Shown: in pieces, positions 14,371-28,095 of the stretch
Numbering within the stretch: position 1 is the stretch's first letter
How the letters are laid out: each line of letters begins with the position of its first letter
Assembly (NCBI GenBank): GCA_951406725.2
Contig: OX597831.1
Span: 32,612,001-32,676,000, forward strand
Direction of reading: 5' to 3'
Length of the DNA: 64,000 bases
From: Octopus vulgaris
Lineage: Eukaryota
Position numbers and translations under genes: made by a program
The notes under the pieces: generated by a model
The model's database searches: none
What the model saw: the letters and a program-made list of their open reading frames with translations, nothing else
What the model was told of the DNA's origin: nothing

Positions 14371-14554
14371 CCCTTCAATTAATATTTAATACTTAACAGT
14401 GTATCTCACTGCATTTCATCATGCTTATTTTAGATCATGCCCCAAAGGAAGAATTCTTCAGTTGGACGAAAAACTTCGAAAGCTTCAAGATCATCAGCAA
14501 GAAGGGCAAATGAGTCGTCAGTGGAAACTGACATTAGACGATTGTGAAGCTACT

Positions 14555-15373
14555 AAAAATTGCAGTCAATCCCTAGCTGGAGAGGATTTTTTGTTGTTTG
14601 TTCCTTCTCGAGCCATGCCTGGCTCATAAGGGCCGGTTTCCCCAGTTTCCTTGGCGTAAAGGTTCCCCACTTGGACGGGACACCAGTCCGTCGCAGGTGA
14701 GCTGCAAGATGCAGGAGGAAAGAATGAGAGAAAGATGTGGCGAAAGAGTCAGCAGAAGTTCGCCATTATCTTCTGCCGGAGCCGCGTGGAGCTTAGGTGT
14801 TTCGCTCATAAACACACACATCGCACGGTCTGAGATTCGAACCCGCAATCCCTCGACCGCGAGTCTGCTGCTTTAACCACTAGGCCATGTGCCTCCACTC
14901 TGGAGAGGATTGCTGCTGGAAAGCCATATCTGTGACAACAGGATTCGATTCCTTGCCATGCTTCCAAAAATGAGTCAGAAGTGGTTGTTGGAAAATTTCC
15001 ACGACTTCACCAACCTTAAATTCTAACCTCCTAACTCCCCTGATTCTATTCCCACGTGTGGGGCGCTATTCTATGTGTGGGGCGCCGTTGAGAAAGTCAA
15101 CAACCGTTCTGCCAGAAACACCAAGGCCGAGCTGGTGACCAATATCAGGGCGTTCGAAGATCTTCCCAGGGACAGTAAGGAACTCTTGCACCAGAATCCC
15201 GAGCCGTTTTGAGGTCATAGAGGGAAGTTGAAGGGGGATGCTTTGAGTAAATTAATCTCCCGGCCAAAATCTAGTTGGATATTTTTGATTTTTTAAATAA
15301 TTTTATTTTTGGATGGAATGTTGTGTTTTTTTTTCCTTTCGTGCAAACTGTCAAATTTAGCCCGAACACACTG
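14555..15373 (+). mobile_element. Tc1/mariner (maT/DD37D-like) transposase relic with right end, interrupted by a SINE
   Basis: LERIAAGKPYL*QQDSIPCHAS..SQKWLLENFHDF...PPNSPD...YVWGAVEK..N...NTKAEL; ends ...GAACACACTG followed by TA. Confidence 0.8.
14589..14898 (-). mobile_element. tRNA-derived SINE (family-A-like head with V-domain-like body)
   Basis: TSD CTGGAGAGGATT 14577-14588 / 14900-14911; reverse complement has CCTGCGACGGACTGGTGTCCCGTCC (V-SINE-like core). Confidence 0.85.
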
Positions 15374-16346
15374 TATGTGTGTGTGTGTGTGTGTGTTTTA
15401 AGATGTATATAAGTTTTTAAATATATTTATGTGTGTATGTGTGTGTGTATATATATGTATGTATGTGTGCCTATATATGTGTGAGCGTATATATATGTGT
15501 GTGTGTGTGTATGTATATATGTATGTATGAATATGTTCTTAAATTAATATATTTCTGTCAATATAAGTGTGTGTGTGTGTGTGTGTGCGCGTGTGTGTGT
15601 GTGCGTGTATGTATGTGTGTGTTACATAAACAAATGTTTTTAAATTAAGTAGTTTGTCAATGTGTGTGTTTCTGTATTTAGATGTTTTGGAATTAATATA
15701 TTAAATTCTATATATGTATGTGTCTGTGTATGTATGTATGTATGTATGTATGTATGTATGTATGTATGTATGTATGTATGTATGTATGTATGTATGTATG
15801 TATGCATGCATGTATGGATATATGCATGTATGCATCTATGTATGTTAGAAAATCATACATTTTTATGCTTATATCCTGCGTATGTGTGTGTGTGGTATGC
15901 ATGCATGTATGTGTATGTATGTATGTGCAACCCACAATTTAAAAACAAAAATATATTAATATATTAATTTATTAAAAAAAATTATATGAATATATTTATG
16001 CTTACATATTTGTATGTACGTGTGTGTGTGTTTGTGTGCGTGTGCATGTGTGTGTATGTGCATGTGTGTGTGTGTATGTGTGCAATCCACAATTTAAAAA
16101 CAAAAAAAAAGGCCAAAATTATTACCTCCTTTCTTTTCCTCCGATTGTAGTCTGCATACCTTTAATCAATCTAACACTTTCCGGAAAAATATTCGCCAAA
16201 TACAAAATTATCGCCTCACATTACTTACATGTGGGTGGGGTGCCTATACATACATACATATATACAAATAAATACACACATGTATTATATTATGTACACG
16301 TTGATATATATATCATACTATTATGTGTATTATATTATGTATACGC

Positions 16347-16390
<44 letters not shown>

Positions 16391-16403
16391 CATACATATA
16401 TGT

Positions 16404-16467
<64 letters not shown>

Positions 16468-16696
16468 GTATGTATGTATGTATGTATGTATGTATGTATA
16501 TAAATGTTTTCAGGCGTTTTTGTGCGTGATTCCGGTCTACTGCATTCTTTCGTTTCATTTCATGTGTGTGTCTGTGTGTCTGTGTCTGTGTCTGTGTTTA
16601 TGCATGTGTATGGATATATGTGTGTGTGTGTGTGTGTGTATTTATATATGCCGATGTAGACTTACTGATTATTACATACATATCTATTTTCATACA

Positions 16697-16752
<56 letters not shown>

Positions 16753-16762
16753 TATAAACACG

Positions 16763-16797
<35 letters not shown>

Positions 16798-16929
16798 ACA
16801 CAGAGCAGGCATGGCAGTTAAAAAGGAGTTCAATTTGCATCCACTTGTCTCCAGGTTAACACGGTGATGAGACGTGACCCTAAAGGCTTTCCTTTCTCCA
16901 TCCCATCAAACCCCACTCTCATGTTCCCT

Positions 16930-17477
16930 TACCCCCTCACCTTCTCGTATTCCCTTCCCCTTTGATAAATAAACTCTTCCCATTTGCTCGCGGGTGGGTG
17001 TATATAAACGGCCCGTTTTTTTCCTTGTGTTGTATTTTTGCCAATAATGCTGATGAAGTGCGCTGACTGCATTGGACATGTGACTGGGCATTTAAGCTTG
17101 TGTAATTGATTGATACCTTCTCGGTTTTACGAAACACGTGTAGGTTATAGAAATCATAAATACCGTTTACGCTTTCTGTGATACTTTTATACACACACAC
17201 ACATACACGCGCGTGCACACAAGTGTGTATACATGCATGCATGTGTGTGTGCATGTGTGTGTGCATGTGTGTGTGTGTGTGTGTGTGTGTTTGTGTGTGT
17301 GTCCATCTTACCGAGGATATTTTGTTAGAACATCGAATACTGCGTTATTTACCTAAAGAGGACCTCTCAAACGGACGCATGGTGGAGAAAAGCACTAGTA
17401 TAGGCAGACGATTATTGTCTGTCAACGATATAGAAATGAGTGCTTTTGTGCACCGAGTCCGTATGAGACGCATTATT

Positions 17478-17571
<94 letters not shown>

Positions 17572-18183
17572 GTATAATAATAATAGAGACAGAAACATTA
17601 TTAATACCAAAAGGTACACCTCATCTCCAACTTAAACACCGAATACTACATTATTTACATTGAGAGGACGTCTCATACGGACTCATGGTGCACAAAAGTA
17701 CTCATTTCTATATCGTTGACAGACAATAATCGTCTGCCTATACTAGTGCTTTTCTCCACCATGCGTCCGTTTGAGAGGTCCTCTCTAGGTAAATAACGCA
17801 GTATTCGATGTTCTAACAAAATATCCTCGGTAAGATGGACACACACACATACACACACACACGCACACACACATGCACACACACATGCATGCATGTATAC
17901 ATACTTGTGTGCGCGCGCGCGCGCGTGTGTGTATAAAAGTATCACAGAAAGCGTAAACGGTATTTATGACTTCTATAACCTACACGTGTTTCGTAAAACC
18001 GAGAAGGCATCAATCAATTACACAAGCTTAAATGCCCAGTCACATGACCAATGCTGTCAGCGCACTTCATCAGCATTATTGGCAAAGATACAACACAAGG
18101 AAAAAACGGGCTGTTTATATACACCCGCGAGCAAATGGGAAAAGTTTATTTATCAAAGGGGAAGAGAATACGAGAAGGTGAGG

Positions 18184-18187
<4 letters not shown>
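16930..18187. repeat. Long inverted repeat, arms ~16930-17470 and ~17669-18187, each with a hammerhead-like motif
   Basis: Arms are reverse complements (the same peptide VHLTEDILLEHRILRYLP appears in + and - ORFs); CTGATGA 17050-17056 ... GAAAC-ACGT-GTA 17131-17142, mirrored at 17981-18073. Confidence 0.9.
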
Positions 18188-18219
<32 letters not shown>

Positions 18220-18226
<7 letters not shown>

Positions 18227-18587
18227 TGTTTGTGTATATATGTAGGCGTAGGCATGGCTGTGTGCTTCCTATACACACACACCCTTACGTATCTAACTTT
18301 CTATCTGCAATTTGCTTTCACCCTTCTCATTCTTCTCTCTGTTCTACCCACTGTTATCCTTTCTTTCTTCACCTTCCCACAAATGTACCATGTGACCACC
18401 CTGCTCCATTCTCTTTCACTTGACTGTTCTCTTGATCAGTTGGTGTTTATCTTTTTCTTTTACTTCTTCTTCCCATCTCCTGTCTAAGATTTTAAACATA
18501 GTTTCAGCTCATGCTTTTTGCCCAAGTTTCTTGCTTTTCCTCTATATTTTTACCAAAATTCAAACCGATAACATTCTCTCCTATTAG
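18220..18587. repeat. Inverted duplicate of 12378-12800
   Basis: Reverse-complement match, e.g. aagattttaaacatagtttcagctcatgc vs gcatgagctgaaactatgtttaaaatctt. Confidence 0.9.
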
Positions 18588-18770
18588 ATTGCCCGTAGAT
18601 TGCCCGATATGCTCTCGTAGATCGCCCGTTATACGCTCTCGTAGATTGCCCGTTATAAGCTCTCGTAGATTGCCTGTTATCCGGTCTCGTAGATTGCCCG
18701 ATATACGCTCTCGTAGATTGCCTGATATGTTCTCATAGATTGCCCGATATGCTCTCGTATATTGCCCGAT
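18586..18770. repeat. Minisatellite, ~24-bp unit GCTCTCGTAGATTGCCCGTTATAC
   Basis: About 7 tandem copies read directly. Confidence 0.9.
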
Positions 18771-18939
18771 CTGAGATCTGGTCGCCATTGCGTTGCCTGT
18801 GGTGCCGGAGTCGTGGACAGTCACCCCAATGGTGACCAGATCGTCATAGGTTTGACTCTGGCCAGTGAGCGAGGGACAGTCATCCCAACGGCGATCTGAT
18901 CGACGTAGGGTTTACTGTGGCCAGGGTGCGAGGGACAAT

Positions 18940-19141
18940 CTGCTCTCGTAGGTCGTCTGGTCTGCTCTCGTATGTCGTCTGGTCTGCTCTCGTTGGTCGT
19001 CTGGTCCGCTCTCGTTGGTCGTCTGGTCTGCTCTTGTTGGTCGTCTGGTCCGTTCTCGCTGGTCGTCTGGTCAGCTCTCGTAGGTCGTCTGGTCCGCTCT
19101 CGTTGCTCGTCTGGTCTGCTCTCGTAGGTCGTCTGGTCCGC
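18940..19141. repeat. Minisatellite, 22-bp unit CTGCTCTCGTAGGTCGTCTGGT
   Basis: About 9 tandem copies read directly. Confidence 0.9.
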
Positions 19142-19189
19142 ATTGAGCAGAAGGCATGATGTTGGCTTTTTTAATACCTGGCCTGAATA

Positions 19190-19600
19190 ATCACGACACA
19201 GGTACCTCTTTTCGTCTATTCAGATGGCTTCCACCGGTCGGGCAAGTTGTTTTGAGAAAATTTGGTTTAAATGTTTGACAACTCAGCACTGTCCATTGGA
19301 CGGGGGGCGTTTTGTTCGTACATATATATAACAGCAAACACACATACACATACACAATACACATGCCTAAGGCCCTGTTCAAAAAGGTGGGGCAGCATGG
19401 AATCATCCTCACTGGAGGCACACTCAAAGACCATCACAGCTTTGGGGAAGCTTGGTTTACACGATGTCCATGTCACGTCTTACAACCTTTGCAGTGTTCA
19501 CAGAATATTGAGCAGCACTCTTGATGCCGGCATTTTGATATCCAGAATGAATCATCATGAAGCAAGTAAGTCTTTTGCTATATTCAGGTGGTTTCCAGTC
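19190..19600 (-). pseudogene. Degraded maT/DD37D-like transposase fragment
   Basis: TKLPQ/AVMVFECASSEDDSMLPHLFEQGLR resembles TKFP.TVMVFGCVSSEGDVMPPH.FE.GLR of DD37D transposases; frameshifted. Confidence 0.6.
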
Positions 19601-20141
19601 CTCCATGTCAGCTAACTTTTTCTCAGCTATAACTTTAATACTAATGCTCTCCAACGCCGTTGACTGCTTACCAGTACATCAAACTGTTCCCGAGAAAAGG
19701 AGACAGACAAAACAGTCGCAAACTTTAGCACCAACACTATAAGTACACACTTAAGCTTAAAGATATATATATACACAGTTACATCCCCACACGCAGTTAC
19801 ATACATATATACATACATAGATACACACATGCATATATAAACACATACCTACATACATACATACATACATACATACATACATACATGCATACATACATAC
19901 ATACTTACATACATACATACATACATACATACAAACGTATGTACATGCATGTATTCATACGTAAGTTTAAAAGCATATTTTCATCTAAAGGCGTATATAC
20001 ACTCCCTTTTATATACACGTACGCACTTGTATATAGTCATATATAAAATTTTATAAAGTTATAGGCATTTAAACACACACATATATAGACATGCGTATAT
20101 ATAATTTAAAACTTTCGTTTAGATATTCCCAGCATGCATCG

Positions 20142-20212
<71 letters not shown>

Positions 20213-20310
20213 GTCTGTCTGTCTGTCTGCCTGTCTGTCTGTTTATCTGTCTGTCTGTCTGTCTGTGAGCCTGTCTGTCTGCATGTGATGTGTGTCTGTT
20301 TACTTGACTG

Positions 20311-20411
<101 letters not shown>

Positions 20412-21167
20412 AATCGTGCAGTGTCCAACAATCTCCGACCTGTGGGCTTATGTCGAACGACTGCTGTCACGTGTGGGACGTGTCGGTTTATCAGCCGAGT
20501 CTATCGTTAATATCGTCACCCTTCCTTCCTTCAAACGGGAAGGAAGAGCTATTTTATCATACTTGTGGCTATGGCGAAAGAATGTATCTGGTGGACGCGG
20601 CTGAAAGGATTAGAGACAAACACTTTCCTCTCTGGTCAATCTCTCATCAACTTCTTCAAGTATCACTTGAAGAGGAAAGTGAGAGTAGAGAGGCAGGTTT
20701 TGTCTAGTGAATGTTTTAAAAAAAGATGGGTGAATGTAGCAAGGATGGCAAGTATGAATGACGAAGCCACCTTGACTATGATTCTATGAACCGTAAAAAT
20801 TAATACAGAGAGTTACTTATTTGCAAAAAAAAAAAGAAATATAACATATGACTTCATTGACCGAGGTTACCGTGGTCTTTTCCGTAGGCTAGGCTTTTCT
20901 TTCCACGGGTAAACCTCACCTGTCCTCCCCTTTACACTTCATATTGACATTTCTGTGATAACGATCCCTATTGATCAAATTCTTTTTCCTTCCCCCCACC
21001 TTTTTTTTTTTAATTATATCCCCCCCTTATTTTGTCCTCTTTCTTTCCATTTACGATCCCTTTTGATCGAAAACCAAACCCCCTTCTTTTACCCCCAAAA
21101 GAAAAGCTCTACATTGTAATTTTGTCCTGTCTGTGTGCAGCCCTGTGTGGCTAATAAAGAAACATAT
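20412..21167 (+). mobile_element. Tx1/L1-like LINE 3' end inserted in (TCTA)n
   Basis: VQCPTISDLWAYVERLL...MAKECIWWTRLKG...FKKRW...IL* (stop at 20789), pyrimidine-rich 3'UTR, AATAAAGAAACA then (TATC)n. Confidence 0.7.
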
Positions 21168-21261
21168 CTATCTATCTGTCTGTCTGTATGACTGTCTGTC
21201 TGTCAGTCTGTCTGTTTGTCTGTCTGTGTGTCCGTCTGTCTGTCAGTGTCCTGCCTGTCTG

Positions 21262-21370
<109 letters not shown>

Positions 21371-22220
21371 ATGTCTGTCTGTCTGTCTGTCTGTCTGTCT
21401 TTCTTTCTTTCTTTCTGTCTACTTACGCTTGTTAATGGACGAAACGAAATATTATGTAGTAAAAATGGAATAACTTTATAAACTATTTTAACTCTATTAT
21501 CGATACACAGACACAGACCACGAAAACTACTCTCGGACATGTGTTTATGAAATACATACATACATACATACATACATACATACATACATACATACACATA
21601 CATACACACACACATACACACACACATATCTAATGCAATCTTCTCCCGCTTTTAATCCAATTGTATTCAATGTTGTCACCACTCTGTCACCATCCGCCAC
21701 AAACTACCCCACCACTCTAGTTCTGTGTAGAATATTAAACACCCGTTTGTTTCGGACAACAAACAAAAACAACTACAGTCACCAAAGTAGGGAAAACACA
21801 GAAAGAAAAATAAAAACAAAAAGAATGAATCTTTATGTAAAATATCATATATCATTAGATGTCAGCTATCATTCATTGGTCACGTGTCTCAGACGACTTC
21901 TGGGTGAATATCTTGTCACACAAGATGGCGGTAGAAGAGAGCAGAAGATAAGAGATATTAGACAGGTTGACCATGGTGGCTTTACGATGTGTAAGAGAGA
22001 AATAATGGAGAAGAGTTGATAAAAATCACAAGAGAGGTAGGAAACATCTTGTGACATAAATATCACACAATTGACAGCAGGTGACTTGTATCGTCAGTGA
22101 AGAATTACTTTATACGGCTTAGGTTAGCGGTTGCCGACCTCTCTGTAGTTTTGTGACCTCTCTTACGAAATGGTACTTGATAAACGCTTTGCTCATCCAC
22201 GTTTTATCTTTGGACATTAA

Positions 22221-22385
22221 TCTTTTCAGTCATTAGATTGCGGCCATGCTGGGGCACCAACTTGAAGAATTTTAGTCGCACTCTTTTGCTGAATCGCTAG
22301 GTTACGGAGACGTAAACAAACCTACACCGGTTGTCAAGCGGTGGTTGAGGACAACCACCCCACACGCACATACACATATACACAC

Positions 22386-22442
<57 letters not shown>

Positions 22443-22456
22443 CATACATGCATACA

Positions 22457-22496
<40 letters not shown>

Positions 22497-22500
22497 CATG

Positions 22501-22563
<63 letters not shown>

Positions 22564-22772
22564 ATTATGTATATATATATGTATGTATATTATGTATATA
22601 TATATGTATACGACAGGTTTCTTTCAGTTTCCGTCTGCCGAATTCACTCACAAGGTTTTGGTCAGCCCGAGGTTATAGCACAAGGCTCTTGTTTAAGTTG
22701 CCACGCAGTGGGACTGAACCCAGAACCCTGGAGTTGAGAAGCAGGCTTCTTACCACACAGCAACGCATTCGC
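22221..22772 (-). mobile_element. SINE family B with expanded internal (TA)n
   Basis: Head 22610-22772, tail 22221-22360, ~250-bp microsatellite between. Confidence 0.75.
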
Positions 22773-22957
22773 ACATAGAACAAAAATCAGATCCTTTTAA
22801 TCAAACACCTAAATTTGGATTTTGCATTTGGCTTGCAAGATTCTTGATATAAAATCGTGTATTGAAACAGATTTTGTCGTAGCGTGGGTAGGTCGTTATG
22901 CCAATAATAAGCACACGCATTGGTCTTACCTCACTTTTATTAATATTTGTCACGTTG

Positions 22958-23157
22958 TTAGCATTTAATCAAAGTTAGCTAATCGACTATTTGATTAATC
23001 GTTCGGTCAATGAATCAATCAACCAGCAAAGTTTGCAAAACACTTCGTTATCATTCGCGACCTCATAAATGACATGGCTTAGCTGACTGATTGATTGATT
23101 GGCCGATCGATTAATCAAACAATCGATCACTTAGTTTTGGTTTGGTTGAACGCTAAT
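22958..23157. mobile_element. MITE-like element with ~50-70-bp imperfect inverted ends
   Basis: ATCGACTATTTGATTAATCGTTCGGTCAAT ... ATTGGCCGATCGATTAATCAAACAATCGAT. Confidence 0.6.
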
Positions 23158-23746
23158 TGATAAATAATAATAAAAGAAGTGAAATAAAACCAGTGCTTGT
23201 GTTTATTATCATCCTCTTGAAATTTGCTGCCTCGTTGTGAGGGGGCACTGCAGTTCAGATTAAGACTCACTGATTTAAAGCAAAGTCTATTTACCTTAGG
23301 AAATCCAGTGAACATATTCCACCTCTTGACAGCATTTTGTGTTCGGATAAAAACTGCGTCGTATCTTATCTCAATATCTGAGAAGCCGAGGGTGTGAAAA
23401 GATTTTGAGGGCCTGGACAGTTTTGCTAACTTGACCAACTTGAAGGTCATTATGGCGAGAATCTCCTTTAAACTAGTCAAATCGCATCATTCAGTTGTAG
23501 AGCTGTTGTAGGTGGGTCCACTATCCCTGCAGTAACTTTGTAATGGCCGCGACGTCAAACAAGACGCCGAGTTTATCAAGAACATGATGACAATAATGAC
23601 GACGACGACGACGATGACGATGATAATGAAAACTGTGAAACACCAATATGCATATATATATATTTATATATATACACACACATACATACATACATACATA
23701 CATACAACCTGACAGACACACAGACACACAGACAGACGAACTGCCG

Positions 23747-23860
<114 letters not shown>

Positions 23861-24439
23861 TATATGCATATATACATACATATATGTACATACCTACATC
23901 TATATGTATATATACATACATATATGGGTACAGGACATCAAAAAAACCTTGAACACAACGAGAAACGAAAACATAAAAACAAAAAATTGGAAACGAACTT
24001 TTTTTCAAACAGCGTAAAAAAAGCAGAGTACAAGACATACAACACAAGGAATATTCCCCTTCTTCAGTTGTCCCTGTTTCATCTACTCCGCTTTTCGAAG
24101 GTAAGGATAAGACGCGACTTCGTTGAAACAGTCCTTCCCGCAAAGCAAATTAAATAAAATTTGGGATTTTTTGCGGAGGGTAAAAGTGGTAACAAGAACA
24201 GGACAGTAAGAACAAAACAAGACAGTAAAAGCAGTAAAAGACAGAACAAAGAGAATAACATAGTAAAAACAAACGATGATATACATAAATATATAGGTAT
24301 GTACATATATGTATGTATATATGCATATATTTATATATTATTTATAGTATTATATGATCGAATGCCACGCATCCTTTTCCAAGTAAATTTTATCTATCTA
24401 TATATATATGTATATATGTGTATATATATATTGGAAGGT

Positions 24440-24516
<77 letters not shown>

Positions 24517-24545
24517 ATATATGTATATATATATATATGTATATA

Positions 24546-24612
<67 letters not shown>

Positions 24613-24800
24613 CTACAAAATTAGAGAATGGAGAAACATACTTAAATCAATAAAACATCAACCATCCGATGATACCCAATCAATACTTTAATACACCATT
24701 ACATATGAGTAAAGGCATTATACAAAATGAGATATACAGTAATAGTAAAAAGATAAAGAGATATAAGTAAAAAATTTCAAATATAATATGCAATTAAATC

Positions 24801-24916
24801 AAAACTGACAGCTGTTTCGGCAGTGAGGGCAGTCATACCTCATTTAACCTATAAGCCATAAAAGCAGGTATAAATGAGGCATTAACAAGGATGCCCCACG
24901 GCCTCTTCAGAGAATT
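24801..24916 (-). ncRNA. Hammerhead ribozyme motif with extended stem II
   Basis: Minus strand: CT-CTGAAGA-GGC...GCC-GAAAC-AGCT-GTC-AG; stem II includes GGGCA/TGCCC and GCCTCATTTA/TAAATGAGGT; stem I is weak. Confidence 0.75.
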
Positions 24917-26945
24917 AAATTAAATTTGTTATAATTGTGAAAAATATTATATAATCATATACATATAAATATAAAAATATAAAAATATAAAATATAAAAA
25001 CTTATACATCATAATGCTACACTTATATAATATAATACTCATTGGTACAATAAAGGAAGGTAAGCAGAACAAAATAAAACAAAATATATATCAGTGTATA
25101 TATTAATATTAATAAGTACCGATATTATACATATTTGGCTAAAAGTTTTTTTTAAAAAAACTAACACATAGGGAGATGAAAAATAATAATTAAAATTAAA
25201 ACCATGGTTCAGTTCATAAAATTCTAAAGTTATAAAAGTTAATAAAATTACTATTAATATTAATAATAATAATAATAATAATAATAGATACAGTTAAGTT
25301 TGCACCAAGTCCATCCTTTCAAGATCGAAATAACTATGAGTTTAGATTAATTCGATTGGCTATTGGTTTGAAATTTAAAACACAAAAGAAATTATACGGT
25401 TGGTTAGTCAAGGAACGCCAATATTCACACACGCATCTACAGATCAATCGCACATACACACATAGTTATATGTATATACATACACTTATACACATACATA
25501 ATCACAAGCAACAACTAGCACATAGATAACCAAAAAGGGAAGCAACTATGCTACCATTTAGTCCTTCAAAATTATAACTGTGCTTCAAATAACGAAAAAG
25601 AACCACCCATGCATTACATAAAATATTTAATTTAGATATAAATATATTTTTAAATATCAGTATGTTACTAAGTCAGATAATTATTTCATGGGTAACTTAA
25701 AATTTATAACACCGGTTGGTTGCAAAGTAAACATACGGTTGTTAGATTCATCGTAAGTTTGTTATGATTCCAAGTACGCTAAATTATAAAATATAAAATA
25801 TATATTAATTTATATATATTTATATATTATAAATAAATCACGTATTTACTTAATAAATTTAATGTCATAATATACCAGTTTAGGTATTAAAAAATAGAAG
25901 GGGAAGTACTAATGTAAACGCTTATGAGAACATCACAGAAATTTTTTAAAATTTATATTATAAATACTTAAGATAAAATGTGATAAAATAAATAAGAAGG
26001 AATAAACACGAAGGAATAAATACGGTTATACACATATTATAAGTACAAACCAGTATATATGTATTCATATATTATTAAAATTAAATAAAAATAAAAGATA
26101 GATATGTATGTATAAAACTACCCTAGTATAAGTAAATAAGTAAAAAATAAATAAATAACAAATTGGATGACTTGATATGTATGTAAACATCTACACTTAA
26201 ATAGGCAAATAAATAAATAAATAATTAGAAGACTAAATGCAGAGATTTATAACATTACAATAAAATAAAAAATAAATAAAGTGAATATATATGTTATATT
26301 GTTGAAAGTAAATATGTATGGAAGGGTAATTTAAAGTACAGATCCAGAGGACTATAGATATAAACTAAATATATGAGGCTGGTAATATTTATAAAGCCAA
26401 ATGTATGTAAAAGAAAAAATGAAAAAAATGAAAAAGGTTTATTAGTAAATAGCATAAGATACAAATTAAGGTGAGTACAAAGAAAGACCAAATATACAAT
26501 AAAAACCTTCCAAATAAACACATACAAAAAACCTATATTCTCAACCTAAACACACCAAACTCATAAAAGGCTCTCATATATTACATATTATACAATATCA
26601 TTACATTATCTAGAGCCAGGTATCTAACCAAGATATACATATATACTATGCAATATACTATGCAATATTAGAAAACTTCAAAAATCACATATTACAAGGC
26701 AAATACCAAAATGAATATGTTATTTCATGTCATATTGCATTTCCCTTAAAAAACAAACAAAAACCCACATACAAAAACAAGAAACAAATAATACTAGACA
26801 CATCTATTATTATTATACAAATGTAGCTATAAAAATTATAAAATTATAAATTTATAAGTTGTATACTTTAGAATTATAGAAGACCACAGGTATAGTTAGT
26901 TAAAGAAGGGAGTTAAAAAATTAATAATAGTGGAAGTGCTAAGTT

Positions 26946-27400
26946 CTATTTGAATCTAGAAAAGGTGAACGGTAGCCTATGAATGCAAAAGAAGTTTTTT
27001 TCATTAATGTTGTTAATAATTTGCCGACCCGCTTTAATAATGAAAAAAATTTCATTAATACATAGAGAGCATTTTTTATTTTTTCCATTATACACAGGTG
27101 CTGAAGTTAGTATTTTCCAGTTTAATCTAAAATCTAAGTTCTTACTTTTAAGTTCCCAAATGTATGCACTTAGCCCTGTAGAGTACATTCTATTTTTATT
27201 TCTAAAAGTATATCTGTGATAATTCAATCTTTGTTTTATGCTATTCATAGTTGCCCCGATATACACCCTACTACTCAATTGTGTATCTACAGTGCATTGG
27301 TAAACTACCTCCTTCCTGAGGCATTGATTACCAAATACACATTTATTTTTGTTTCTGCAATTACAAAGATTAACAGAATGAGGAAATCTAAGATTGGTCT
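26946..27400 (-). pseudogene. Penelope-like GIY-YIG endonuclease domain (open frame, N-terminally truncated)
   Basis: CNCRNKNKCVFGNQCLRKEVVYQC...VYIGAT...KQRLNYH...F...TGLSAYIWELK...W.I...CSLCINE...IN..E..C.H: Cys-rich linker plus VVY/YIG/R-H/E/N motifs. Confidence 0.9.
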
Positions 27401-27577
27401 CCACCCCTATACCACCATTCCCATTATAAGTGTTACAATTGTTATCATCATCCACACCCAAAATCAACGAATGAGTTAATTTCACATTGTCGGCTATATT
27501 CCTATCCCTAGTACTAGTATTGGTAGTAGAAGTATGATCTATTACATTTATATTATCTCTGACAGGTACGATATATT

Positions 27578-27608
<31 letters not shown>

Positions 27609-27664
27609 GTGTGTGCGTGTATGTACTTTTTTGTGTGGTTGTGTGTTTCTGTGTGTATATGTTG

Positions 27665-28090
27665 TGCTGAACGGATGTATACTATTGTGCGGCAAAAGTA
27701 CACGGCATCGGTTAATAGAAAGCGAGCTCTTCTGCAGCAAGGCAACACAAGACCTCATAGCGCTTGAACGACCCAAAATAAGCTAAGGGAAACTTGGAGG
27801 GAATCCAACTGATGGCACACACACACAGCATATAATCCGGAGCTAACTCGCTTGGATTATTACCTGTTCCAGTTCATGGCTCACTTCCTGCGCTTTCGAC
27901 GATTCATTAATCAAGAGAAGTTGGAAGCTTCAGGGAAGGAGTTTTTCTCCTCGGAGACCAGAACTGGCATCTGTATAACTTCAAAGAACTGGCAGATAAG
28001 TGGCGTCAGATGGTGCAACACGATGGCCTCTACTTTGAATAAAGAAAATGTGTTTCCAAAATATTGCAAAACTTTTGACTCAACACAATA
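27665..28090 (+). mobile_element. mariner (DD34D) transposase 3' relic with right end
   Basis: LLQQGNTRPHSA (HDNARPH-like), YNPELTRLDYYLF (YSPDLAPSDYHLF-like), KW..MVQHDGLYFE*; ends CAACACAATA before (TA)n. Confidence 0.85.
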
Positions 28091-28095
28091 TATAT

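Larger units (their letters stand above)
24612..27560 (-). mobile_element. 5'-truncated Penelope-like element (Neptune-type EN, ~2-kb AT-rich 3' region, terminal hammerhead)
   Basis: GIY-YIG ORF at 26946-27400 and hammerhead at 24801-24916 on the same strand; bounded by (TA)n/(CA)n. Continuity across the AT-rich tract is inferred. Confidence 0.7.

Noticed and set aside
18586-19141. CRISPR-like regular repeats
   Set aside because: Units are directly tandem with no unique spacers, there are no cas genes, and the context is eukaryotic
23200-23590. Possible RTE ORF2 remnant on the minus strand (also 36240-36345 plus)
   Set aside because: Similarity too degraded to support by eye
26946-27776. 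276-aa intact protein
   Set aside because: The N-terminal part is read-through of a microsatellite and an antisense mariner relic; only the GIY-YIG part is real and there is no RT
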